DNA of 63,899 bases from Emiliania huxleyi CCMP1516 (lineage: Eukaryota): contig NW_005201176.1 of NCBI RefSeq assembly GCF_000372725.1, positions 124,102-188,000 of the forward strand. The letters run 5' to 3'. A model generated the notes under the pieces. It saw only the letters and a program-made list of their open reading frames with translations. It searched no databases and was not told the DNA's origin. Below, one piece after another: positions 13,884-24,083 of the stretch (its first letter is position 1; the number at the start of each line of letters is the position of its first letter). The translations under genes and the position numbers were made by a program.

Positions 13884-16436
13884 ATGCCGTCCTATGCCTG
13901 TCCGACCTGTGGCGAGCGCTTCAAGAAGTGGTCGGTTTGCAAAGCACACCTGGAACTGATGCGCCACACTGGGAAGCAGCACGAGTGTCGCGTTGACAAG
14001 CAGTCGGGCCAGCTCAAGAAGCACGCAGACCTGCCAGACTCTGCTGCTCTGAGTGACGGTGCCGCCTTCTGGGTGCAGCTCCTCCAGCAGGAAATGGCGG
14101 CGCAGGAGGAGCAGGTGCAGCACCGTCTCGAGACATGGAGCAACGAGGCGCTCTGTCAAGAGGGGCTCAGACTGCATGGGCTCGAGGCGCGGCTGCACAT
14201 GCACGACGGAACCCTCACCCTCCGCAGCGCTGCGGGTACGCGGCTGGCATACAACGTGTTCGCGCTTGGTGACGTCGGCATCGTGTCGCACGAATCGACG
14301 AGTGTGCTGGCGCTGGGCTGTGTGACAAGCGTGAGCGGGTCCATGCTGCAGCTCACACTGAAGCGGGGCACGGCGATAGACAGCGCGCTGCTCTCGCCTC
14401 GTGGTGGTACGTTCCGCATCGACAAGGGATTTCAGCAGACCCCATTCGACCGCATGCACTCAGCGATACAGCGATGCGACCAGCGCAGCGCGCAGAAGGA
14501 GCGCTCCCAAGTGTGGGATGCGGTCCTGCCATTGCTCAAAACGCCCACCGTAGTGACGCGGTGTGAGGGATCCCCATCCTCTGCCGGCGAGTGCGGCGCG
14601 CCCTGCCTGGGCTCCGCAGTCGCACCCATGTCGTGGCTCAACGCTAGCCAGCAGCGGGCGGTAGACGCCACTCTTAGCCTCCCCATCTCACTGATCCATG
14701 GACCCCCTGGCACTGGCAAGACTACGGTGCTCGCCAGCGCAGTGCATGCGGCGCTGCGGCAGCGGAGCGGCACCAGAGTCCTCCTGCTCGCTGAGACCAA
14801 CACCGCCGTCGACAACCTGGTGCACGCCGTATTCAAGCGCTCTGGCTCGCAGCTGGCGCCGGGCGAGCTGGTGCGCGTGGGAGCGTGCTCGGGCTCAGTG
14901 CCGCCTGAGCTTGCGCGGTGCTCGCTGCTGGCTCTCGCAAAGGCGCACGCGAGCGCACCTGAGCTGAGTGAGCTCAAGGAGGCGATGCTGGCCTGCGAGA
15001 AGCCTTCCCAGAAGCGGCGGCTGTGGGAGCGCATTCAGCAGCTCGAGCTCGCCATCCAGCACGAGCTCATCGCCAACGCTGCGGTGGTGGCCACCACACT
15101 GATTGGCAGCGGCAGCGGCATCTTCCCGCCGGGCGCCGCCTTCACAATGTTCGTCCTCGACGAGGGCACGCAGGCGACGCTGCCTGCCGCCCTCGTCCCA
15201 CTCAACCTGCTCGACAGCAAGCGGCCGGAGGCGCAGCGCGTCGTCTTCGCCGGCGACCACAAGCAGCTGCCTCCGACGGTGATCTCGCTGCGGGCGAGGG
15301 AGGGCGGGCTGGCGGTGCCTGTATTCGAGATGTTGCTCGGCGCAGGCTGCCCCAAGCTGTTGCTCAACACGCAGTACAGGATGGACGCCGCCATAAGCGC
15401 GTTCCCGCTGCGGCACTTCTACGGAGGGGCCGTGTCCAATGCACCAGTCGCCGAGCGCCCACCCTCGCCGGTCGCAGTGCAGCTCAAGCGCCTCGTACGC
15501 TGGCCGCGCAGCGATTGGCCGGTGGCACTGGTGCGCATGGAGCACGCGTGGGAGCAGGTCGATGCGCGCGGCTCCAAGGTGAACCCTTGCGAGGCGTCTG
15601 CTGTCGTCGACTGCGTCGCCCGACTGCGGCGCGCATGTCCGACGCTGCTCGCGAGCGGCAACGACGACACTGCTGGTGTGGCCGTGATAACGCACTACCT
15701 CGGGCAGAAGGCGCTCATCCAGACCAGGCTGCGGCAGATGCAGCAGGCGCACGGCGTGGTGGTCTCGACCGTCGACGGCTTCCAGGGGCAAGAGGCGCAC
15801 TTGGTCATCATCTCCATGGTCAGAGCCAACGACCGCGGCCGCGTGGGGTTCCTCGCCGACCAGCGGCGGCTGAACGTAGCGCTGACGCGCGCGCGCTCCG
15901 GGCTGATCGTGCTCGGCCATGCCGGCACGCTGAGAGCCGACGAGCACCTGCGCGCGTGGCTCGCCTGGGCGGAGGACGCTCGCTGCACCGTCCGCTCCGT
16001 GCAAGAGCTTTTGCTCCCGCCGCAACCTCCGGCGCAGGCGTGCGCGCACCGCGTCAGCGATCACGACACGGCGAAGCGGAAAGCCGAGCTCGCGACGCAT
16101 GCCGCGAAAGCGGCGAGGGCACAGCTGGAGGCGGCAGAGGCACGGGCACAGCTGACTGCGGCGCAGGCACGGGCCACCGCGGCAGAGCGAGCAGCACAGG
16201 ATTCGGGAACTGCAACGGAAGCAGAGGTTCGACCTCGTGTCAGCTCGCCGGTGCCTCCAAGCAAGCCTTTGGCAGCGCAAGCCTCCACGGCTAAGCAGCT
16301 GGCGGGTGCGCGAGAGGTGCTGGTGCGGCTCGACCGCATGGGTGGTGACGACCCTGAGGTGGACAGGATGAAAGCCAGGCTGCAAGAGAAGATTGCGGGT
16401 CTTGAGAGCCGCATCGCCATCGAAGGCAAGCCGTGA
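13884..16436 (+). CDS. SF1 (Upf1/DNA2-NAM7/IGHMBP2-like) helicase with N-terminal C2H2 zinc finger, intronless
   Basis: Zinc finger CPTC..HLELMRH. Helicase motifs LNASQQRAV, GPPGTGKT, TNTAVDNL, LDEGTQ, AGDHKQLPP, LNTQYRM, STVDGFQGQE, RRLNVALTRAR. Confidence 0.9.
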   Translation: MPSYACPTCGERFKKWSVCKAHLELMRHTGKQHECRVDKQSGQLKKHADLPDSAALSDGAAFWVQLLQQEMAAQEEQVQHRLETWSNEALCQEGLRLHGLEARLHMHDGTLTLRSAAGTRLAYNVFALGDVGIVSHESTSVLALGCVTSVSGSMLQLTLKRGTAIDSALLSPRGGTFRIDKGFQQTPFDRMHSAIQRCDQRSAQKERSQVWDAVLPLLKTPTVVTRCEGSPSSAGECGAPCLGSAVAPMSWLNASQQRAVDATLSLPISLIHGPPGTGKTTVLASAVHAALRQRSGTRVLLLAETNTAVDNLVHAVFKRSGSQLAPGELVRVGACSGSVPPELARCSLLALAKAHASAPELSELKEAMLACEKPSQKRRLWERIQQLELAIQHELIANAAVVATTLIGSGSGIFPPGAAFTMFVLDEGTQATLPAALVPLNLLDSKRPEAQRVVFAGDHKQLPPTVISLRAREGGLAVPVFEMLLGAGCPKLLLNTQYRMDAAISAFPLRHFYGGAVSNAPVAERPPSPVAVQLKRLVRWPRSDWPVALVRMEHAWEQVDARGSKVNPCEASAVVDCVARLRRACPTLLASGNDDTAGVAVITHYLGQKALIQTRLRQMQQAHGVVVSTVDGFQGQEAHLVIISMVRANDRGRVGFLADQRRLNVALTRARSGLIVLGHAGTLRADEHLRAWLAWAEDARCTVRSVQELLLPPQPPAQACAHRVSDHDTAKRKAELATHAAKAARAQLEAAEARAQLTAAQARATAAERAAQDSGTATEAEVRPRVSSPVPPSKPLAAQASTAKQLAGAREVLVRLDRMGGDDPEVDRMKARLQEKIAGLESRIAIEGKP

Positions 16437-16609
16437 CTCGTAATGGACCGATTGCGATTCAGGATTCACGTATTGGCTCTCCTCCTCGTGCTTTTAGGTG
16501 TTACATTACCTCCGCCTTAGCCTCCACTGAATACCTTGAGTTGTTCAAGAGAACAAGACTGGCAGTGTGTGAAGTGTGAGTCTTTCGGGTCGCCCCGCCT
16601 CTGAGCCCT

Positions 16610-16795
16610 GGTCTCTGACAGTCTGACAGCAAACCCCGGACAGCGGTCAGCGCCTGACAGTGCCCGACAGCCTGACAACGCTGTAGCGCTGACAGCACTT
16701 TCTCCGACAGTCTGACAGCACGTACTTCTGACAGCATGACAGCAGAGTCTGACAGTCGAGGTGCTCCGTCGCTGTCAGGCCCTAACGTGACAGCC
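16610..16795. repeat. Cluster of ~14 (C/G)TGACAG-like heptamers
   Basis: ctgacag and variants recur at irregular spacing, with one inverted copy at ~16772. Confidence 0.7.
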
Positions 16796-17216
16796 TGTTG
16801 GGAGGCTCCACGTTCGAGATGAGCGCGCGCGTCACAGCGCAGGCCAGGTCTCCACACTGGCCGCGGCACCAAGCTCCCGCGGTCTGCACGCTAGGAGTGG
16901 TCCGCTCTCGCAATGATGAATACTATTACGAAAAGTACAAGTTCCAGGCGCGTCCCACGCGGGGACGCGGTGCGCGTCTGTGCGTAATACGCATTCGCAG
17001 CGTATAGGTGATGTACATAGAGCCGGAAAGCCATATACACCGTGTGATCACAACTCCGCTCCAACCACAGTACCAGACGTCGCACCGGCACACGTCGACA
17101 CGTGTCGGTCGACGGCATGCGGACACACCCGACACACTCGTTGAGGGTCTCTCTCCAAAACGAGACGCGCGCCGATGAGCACGTTGCTGAGAGCGGTCTC
17201 TACTCTCTTCGACCTC

Positions 17217-18047
17217 TCAGCCTACTTTAGGGTCGATGGTCGTGACCCTCTCCGTTCTATTGCCGCGGGTGAGCCGACCGAGTACGGTGGCATTCTGCCC
17301 AGAGTTGCGTTCGAAAAAGGCCATGCTATCGTAAAGATGCACGCCCGCAACCATCGACGCCCACGAGGGACCGAGCGGCCTGGTCTTCGGCGCGCGGTGG
17401 CAGCGGCGGCCAGCTTGGTTGCAGCCCTGCCAGCGGTTGTGCATGCCAAGGAAGGCATCCGAGTAGAGGCTGCTGAAGTCGCGCGGGTGGTTACAAAAGG
17501 TCGAGTCGTGCCCAGGTCCCGAGCAGCGCGCGAGCACGTGTAGGTCCTCGATGACATAGATGGACTTGTCACGCATGCACTGGTCGCTCTCGAAGAGAAG
17601 CTGCAGACTCAGCTGCACCATCCGCGCAATGTGTGCGCCGTCGTCGATGACGATGTCGAATGGGCCGTACTTGGCGCAGATGGAGCGAAGGAAGTCGGGG
17701 TCTTCCTGCGAGCCAATCTCAATGTACCGGCGCTCGCCCACTGATTCGGTGCGCTTGCATGCGGGGTTGAGGTCGACGCCCACGTACGTGAGCGACGGCC
17801 CGTACCATCGCTTCCATGCGATTGCGCTGCCGCCAGAGCTGACGCCAATTTCGAGCATTCGCAGCGGCGAGCCGTTGTCTCGGGCCGGGAGGTGCTGCTC
17901 GTAGTGCGGTGCGTAGTGAACCCACCGATCGAGGTAGTAGTCGCTTGGCGGGTGATTGCGCCAGTGCTCGAGGAGGGCTGACTGCGAGCGTGCCTGAGGG
18001 ACGAGCATGGCGACCAACAGCAGTGCAGGCTGGCACATCGTTTGCAT
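17217..18047 (-). CDS. Secreted/lumenal class I SAM-dependent methyltransferase (Methyltransf_24 / MycE-like)
   Basis: Signal-like ALLLVAMLVPQARS. Motifs LEIGVSSGGS, GVDLNP, GSQED, GPFDIVIDDGAH, YVIEDL. Confidence 0.8.
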   Translation of the reverse strand: MQTMCQPALLLVAMLVPQARSQSALLEHWRNHPPSDYYLDRWVHYAPHYEQHLPARDNGSPLRMLEIGVSSGGSAIAWKRWYGPSLTYVGVDLNPACKRTESVGERRYIEIGSQEDPDFLRSICAKYGPFDIVIDDGAHIARMVQLSLQLLFESDQCMRDKSIYVIEDLHVLARCSGPGHDSTFCNHPRDFSSLYSDAFLGMHNRWQGCNQAGRRCHRAPKTRPLGPSWASMVAGVHLYDSMAFFERNSGQNATVLGRLTRGNRTERVTTIDPKVG

Positions 18048-19124
18048 GCTGGCCGTCAATTCTCTGGTCGACGGCGGTCAATCTCACGATTGTCGATCAA
18101 AACCGGCGGGCTTTGTGACGCCGTTTACGCAATCGTTTTTTGGCTTCGCTTTCTCTTTTGCTTGTTTTTATTTTGTTTTTTCTTTTGCGAAGCGACGGAG
18201 AGGGGGGGGCGGGCGGGCGCTAACCACGGACTACTACATGTCGAAGGTTCGAGGACGACTACTCGCCGCCTGGGCCGCTCGGGGCGCGCGGCTCCGTCAA
18301 GGACCGGGCGCGCCCCAGACCCGGCGCGGCAAAGGTCCCACTCTGACGTAAAGAGGGGAGGCACGGTCGGCAGCCCAACCCGTCAACTACTCTCATCTCC
18401 TGGTGCTCCGTCCTGTGCAACAGCGGTCCGGCAGACTAGGTTCTTTGTCAACGGCGCGAACTACCGGACGACCAGCCTGAGCTGCGGTTGGAGAACAGAC
18501 TGCAGGGATAACGGCGCAGGGGTGCGGGGGTGCACTTACAAGGTGTATTGGGAAGGCTGTGGGAGACATGAATGCCACGGCGATGAGATCAGGTACAGCG
18601 ACAGCGATCAAAAGTGGTGTGATCTCTACATCGACGGCCGGTTGGCGATTGCTGGCCACCACGGTGGAGTGCACTTTAACCAAGGGTGTGGGTGAGCGAC
18701 ATGATAGGAATAATCGACGCCGCCGCGTTGGAATGCGGAGATAGTAGCTGCTCTTTGTCGTGCTCCCTTGGCACTTTGCTCTCTGTCTGTTTTCTTTCTT
18801 TCTTTCTTTGACGCGCACTGGAAAGAATTTTAGGCACTCCCTCTCACGACAGTAGGCACGGGACTGGCGCTCACTGGCAGTAACTGCGAGGACGGCGAGG
18901 CACTTACTTCTAGCTCCGTGCACTCGACCGCCCTCGCCGCACGCAGGCAAGCTCATTCACAATCTGCTCTGCGATGGCCGTGTGTGAAGAACGACCGAGA
19001 TACGCTGCTTCTGCAGCCCCAGCCAGTTCTTGGTGGTCCAAGTCACCTCATCGAGGTACTCTCGCACACACGAAAAGGAGGCGGCAGGGGCTGGACGGTG
19101 GGAATCCAATGAAAACGTCCCTCG

Positions 19125-19226
19125 TTACGTACTTTTAGCTTACTGGGAGAAAAGAGAGAGGGGGTTGTGTTCTCTAGGCCCCTAAGGGCCCTACGCGCGG
19201 CGTGAGAGCTCGGAAGCGAGCTTTGC
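19125..19226. repeat. ~100-bp dispersed repeat, inverted copy of 44862-44961
   Basis: agcttactgggagaaaagagagagggggttgtgttctctaggcccctaagggccctacgcgcggcgtgagagctcggaagcgagctttgc is the reverse complement of 44862-44951. Confidence 0.9.
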
Positions 19227-19446
19227 ACGGCGATCGAGGATGGCACGGTTCACCCCCGTTTGAAAATTCGTCTGTCCTTTCGCCTGCGGAAACGTTCAGC
19301 TCTCCCTACCTGTAGAAGTCCCCTTTCCGCTCCAGCGTGGGCGAACCTGGGCTGCGGATGTGCGGAGTCACGTGGAACGTGCAATCACGGCCCCACCGCT
19401 CCTCCTCCCGACGGCCTCGGAGGCTGCGATGAATGCGATCCGCTCC

Positions 19447-20010
19447 CTAGTGCTTATCCTGGGCGTTGCCACACAACGAGGCCATCCATGATAGCGGGTC
19501 CTTGACGATGACCAGCGGGAGGGTGCTCTCCACGTCGGAGACGTTGTCGGGTGCAGTCACGGCGTGTCTCCCGCGCCACGTAGCCGGGCTGTGCTTGCCC
19601 CACGGCGCAGATCCGGCCGACACTCGCGCGTACCGTAACACTGCTTTGCCATCGCGGCTCTGCTCTGCACTCTCGCGGCCCGGCATGGCGCACCGCTCCA
19701 CCAGCAACTGCTGCAGCAGGCTTGTGCCCGTGTTGAAGAGGCCGGCGACACCAAAGCGGCGGCGCACCACGGGTGTCGCGGCGCGGTACGCCTGGCAGCG
19801 GTCGAGGCCGAGGATTTGAGGCCCACCGTACAATGGAGGTACCAGCCCCCTTGCTGCGTCCACCCCAAACTCTTGCGCGGCGTCGAACTGCGGCCGGTTC
19901 TTGCCAGAGGACCACACGAGGTGGTCGTCGAGGGAGCAGCCGGAGCCGCGCGCGCAGCCCATCTCGAGCTCGATGGAGGTGCAGAGCCGCCCACCCGCCG
20001 CAATGCACAC
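19447..20010 (-). CDS. Sulfotransferase-like (P-loop) protein fragment; gene structure uncertain
   Basis: 5'-PSB-like VAGLFNTGTSLL, PWGKH, and 3'-PB-like VIVKDPLSW. The ORF stops soon after, so it may be truncated or spliced. Confidence 0.5.
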   Translation of the reverse strand: MCIAAGGRLCTSIELEMGCARGSGCSLDDHLVWSSGKNRPQFDAAQEFGVDAARGLVPPLYGGPQILGLDRCQAYRAATPVVRRRFGVAGLFNTGTSLLQQLLVERCAMPGRESAEQSRDGKAVLRYARVSAGSAPWGKHSPATWRGRHAVTAPDNVSDVESTLPLVIVKDPLSWMASLCGNAQDKH

Positions 20011-20823
20011 CGCCTCCGCCTCGACAAACGTCGCGTTGGTGTGGCAGCCTGCACCGGGGGAGGTTCAAGCTCTTGAGGCGGCCGTGGAGCGGGTGGGTTG
20101 GGTGACAGGGAGGAGCAACGGGAAGGACCGCGCCACAACTCCTCGCGTGCATCTAGGGAGGCCGACCGCCCATGCTTGCGCTGTCCGAGTCGGCCCAGAC
20201 GATGCACCTGGGTCTCTGAGGTCGATACTAGCGTCTATAACTTGCCACAAGCATGCTTTACAAAAGTCCTGCTGAGCGGGACTCGCAGAACCGCCGTCCG
20301 CGCGCGCTGTGAACAGTGCCATGGTCGAACGTTGTTCGACGACGTCGAGCTGGTGACGGTCCAGTAACCGACAGTGTATCTATCTCTAGGGTTAAGTCAC
20401 AGGGTTTGCGCCCCTCGAAAGGCTGCAAGGGGAGCCGACCCCGTGGTTCGTGCGAGGCAAATCGCTAGAAAGTCGTCGAGTTGGGCCCCGGTTTAATCGC
20501 TGGGCACTTGGAGCACTTGGAGTGCAGTCATCAGCCTCACATCCAGGGCCGGGGAGCTAAGAAGCGCACCCAGCGGGCCGGATGATCGGGATCGGGCTAT
20601 GGGCTAGAGAGCCCTGGCAGACGCCAGGCCACAGACCCGACCGCAGACCTCTCGCGCAGCAGCCGCGCCCGCTCCAGGACCGCGGCGGCGCGCAGAGGCG
20701 GCGACGTTGCTGGCGGCCCTGCGCGGCGCAACCACGAGCGGCCGCGCTGTGGCGACCGCCCGTGGCGCCCTGCCGGTGTGGTGCCCGTGGTGGCGCTGAA
20801 AGGCGACACGGCCGCCGCGTCCC

Positions 20824-23800
20824 TCACCCGCCGCACGCATCGCGCGCGATGGCCTCGCTCACCTGCCGGGGCGCCGCACATGACTGACCAACTAATGTCA
20901 ATTAGCCACTAAGCAGCAACTCGCTCACCTGCCTGGCGCCGCACATGACCAGCGGCACGCCGTTGCCTGTGGACAGGTCTAGGACATGTCATGGACACGT
21001 CTCGAGCACATGAACATGACCGGCGGCACGCCGTTGCCTGGCCGCGCGGAGGCGCCGGCAAAGTACAGGTTGCGCACCCTCGGGTGGCGCGGGCCGGGCC
21101 GGAGGAAGGAGAGCTGGTTGAGGCTGGAGGCGAGGCCAAACACGGCGCCTGCGTCGGCGGCAGGGGGTGAAGAGGCGCGCGCGCGCCGGGGGAGGAGGGC
21201 GAGGCGGCCGCGCCGCGGGCGAAGCCGTGCTCGCTGAACTCTCGGCTCATCTCGGCTCATCTCGGCTCATCTCGCGCCGCGAGCGAGGCCGTACTCGCGC
21301 CGCCACCGAGCCGGCGGGATGACGGACTCGTGGCGAATGCTCTGCTGCCACCCTGCCATGCCAGGCAAGCGGGCCAGCCGCTCGACGACAGACGCCCGCC
21401 CCGCCGCCGCCCACACGTCGGACAGCGCCTCGGCCTCCGCCTCGGAGGCGCCGACCGGCAGCGGTGGCGTCGGGAGGAGAACCTACCGGGAGAGGCTCCG
21501 GGGAGGCTCTGACAAGGCTCGGGCTCCAAAAGGCTCGGCGGCGTCGGGAGGAGCGCCGTGATGGCGTCGCATCCGGCAGGAGCTGCGGTCGGGTCGGTCC
21601 TCGTCGGGCAGTGCACCTGCGGACACCTCTCGGACATGTCATGGACGTGTCCTGGACACGGCGGTCCTCGTCGGGCAGTGCACCTGCGGACACGTCTCGG
21701 ACATGTCATGGACGTGTCCTGGACACGGCGGTCCTCGTCGGGCAGTGCACCTGCGGACGCAGACGCTCGTGAAGAGAGACCTGTCCGCAGCGAGCAGACG
21801 CCCCTAGTCGGGCGGCGCACGTAGAAATGGCCCGGGGCCCAGGTGGGGGCTGCGGCCACGGGCAGGAAGCTCGAGGCCCGGCGGGCGCCAAAGAGCGACT
21901 CCCACGGCGCCTGGCCCAAGTCCTCTGCAAAGACGATGGTGTGGTGCGCGAGCGCGTCGGCAAACTGCGCGTCGAGGGCAAAGGAGAGGGACAGCACGGA
22001 GGAGGAGGAGGCGGCGGACCGCAGCTTGTCGGCCCTGGAGAGGTGTGGCGGCAGCAGCGCCTCCTCCGCGGCGGGCAGGTCCGCGTTGCAAAGCACCTTC
22101 CGGCGGGCGGAGGGCCCTCCTATTCCCTTCTCGCTGTTCTCTCTCTCTCTCTCTTCTCCTCTCTTCTCTTCCGTTCGAGCCCTCGCGGCAGCCGCCGCCG
22201 CGAGCAGAGGCACACGCTCAGTCCTCCCCACACGCCCTCGCCTCGGGGAGGCTCCGATCTCGGGCGCAATCTTGGCTGGCGATCTCGGGCGCAATCTCGG
22301 CTGGCGATCTCGGGCGCAATCTCGGCTGGGGGCCCGCACGATGTCGGCGGCGAAGCTCGACTCGGAGCCATCGCCGTCGACGATCCGAACGCCCGTCGCA
22401 GCAGCGCCGCTCTCGCCCGCCTCCCCGCCCTCCTGGGTGACCTCGACTCGCGTGACGGCCACGCCTGCGAGATTGGCCGAGATCAGCCCGAGATCAGCCG
22501 AGACGCCGCGTGAAGAAGATCAGGGTTGGAACACGCAGTGTCGTCCAGCCGAGTGCCGATACAGCCGAATACCGATACACCGGCGCCGGTTCGCACCCGC
22601 ACGCCGACCTTCTCGCACTGCTCGAGCAGCCTCCTCCTCACGCGCCCGAACCCGCCCCGCGGATAGCGAACGCCGTACGACGCGGCGTCCAGCTCCATCG
22701 CCTGCAGCAGCGAGACGACGCGAGATTGGCCGAGACCAGCCCGAGATCCGCCCGAGATTGGACCTCCATTGCCTGCAGCAGCGAGAAGACGGCGGGCGCC
22801 TCGTATGGCGACAGGCCGACGTACCTACTCGCTCGGAAGACTCGAGTGGCCTCGGATGCGTAGGCGCGGCTAGGCGCGGTGAGAGGCCAGGCGCACACAA
22901 AGACACAACCCCGGGACCAAAGACGCACAAGCTCAGACAGTCGAGATTCTACCTACCTACCTACCTAGTCGAGAAAGGGATGGACCGCAACGACAGTCAG
23001 CAGTCAGCGCTGGGTCCCAGGAAGGCGAATGCGAGGACGGCCTCTAGTGCGAGCTCTAGCTGGCGCACAGGTCTTGGAAGGAGTCTAGTGTGAGCTCTAG
23101 CTGCCGCACGGGTCTTGGAAGGAGTCTAGTGTGAGCTCTAGCTGGCGCACAGGTCTTGGAAGGAGTCTAGTGTGAGCTCTAGCTGGCGCACAGGTCTTGG
23201 AAGGAGTCTAGTGTGAGCTCTAGCTGGCGCACAGGTCTTGGAAGGAGTCTAGTGTGAGCTCTAGCTGGCGCAGAGGTCTTGGAAGGAGTCTAGTGTGAGC
23301 TCTAGCTGGCGCACAGGTCTTGGAAGGAGTCTAGTGTGAGCTCTAGCTGCGCACAGGTCTTGGAAGGAGAGCAGGGCGCGGACCTTGTCCGAGGTTGGGA
23401 AGTAGCGGCGGAGCTGCTGCATGTGCGATTGGCCTGTCCACAGGGCGGGCGGCGTAAAGAGACGCGGACCGCAAGGGCGGGCTGCCGCCTCCGCGGCTCG
23501 CGCCCACGGGTAGGTTGGCGGGGAAGTTGCGGAGCGCCGACCTCGCAAAGGCGGGCAGGACGGCCGTGACCGTCTTAACGTCCCACCGCTCCTCGATGGC
23601 CAGCGGCCAGCCGCCGTCGAGGGCGGCGCTCGCGGCGGCCATGTACGCGTCGAATCGCTCCATCGAGTCGCCAGGCCAGCCCTCGAGACGCTCGATCGCG
23701 GCGGCGAACTCCTCGCGCCGCCGCGCCGGGTCGAGCTGGATGGGAGCGGTGCCGGCCGGGTCGTCCCCAAAGAAAACGTGGTAGAAGGGCGCGGCGACCG

Positions 23801-24083
23801 GAGACATCTCGAGCGGTTCCGGGTCGCCGAGCAGCTCAAAGGTCTCTCGGTAGACCTCGGGCATCAGCAGCAGAGAAGGGCCGGAGTCGAACCGCCACTC
23901 GCCAGCCGGGCCGAGCCGGTGCTCGCCGAGCCGGCCGCCGGCAACCGGCCGCTGCTCGAGAACGGTCACCGCCGCTCCCTGCCTCGCGAGAAGGCCGGCC
24001 GCGACGAGGCCGCCGACGCCGCCGCCGACGACGGCGACCGTCTTGCCTGCGAGCGGCGGCGGCGAGGAGAGGGCGAGCTCCAT
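20824..24083 (-). CDS. Bacterial-type phytoene desaturase (CrtI family) FAD oxidoreductase, multi-exon
   Basis: Motifs VAVVGGGVGGL, VLEQRPVAGGR, RFDSGPSLLLMP, SFQDLYVGLSPYEAPAVFSLL, YPRGGFG, HCPTRTDPTAAPAG, NLYFAGASARPGNGVPLVM. The last exon VSEAIARDACGG* ends at 20824. Confidence 0.85.
23054..23370. repeat. Intronic 41-bp tandem array (7 full copies plus the exonic partial)
   Basis: Unit ctctagctggcgcacaggtcttggaaggagtctagtgtgag, head-to-tail with no spacers. It contains the crtI exon end and donor. Confidence 0.95.

Noticed and set aside
14895..16469. Long antisense/alternate-frame ORFs over real genes (also 25935-27359, 58750-60486 and others)
   Set aside because: Expected shadow ORFs in high-GC coding DNA; no motifs.
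23054..23370. 41-bp array as a CRISPR
   Set aside because: Units are head-to-tail with no unique spacers, derive from the crtI exon end, and no cas genes are present.
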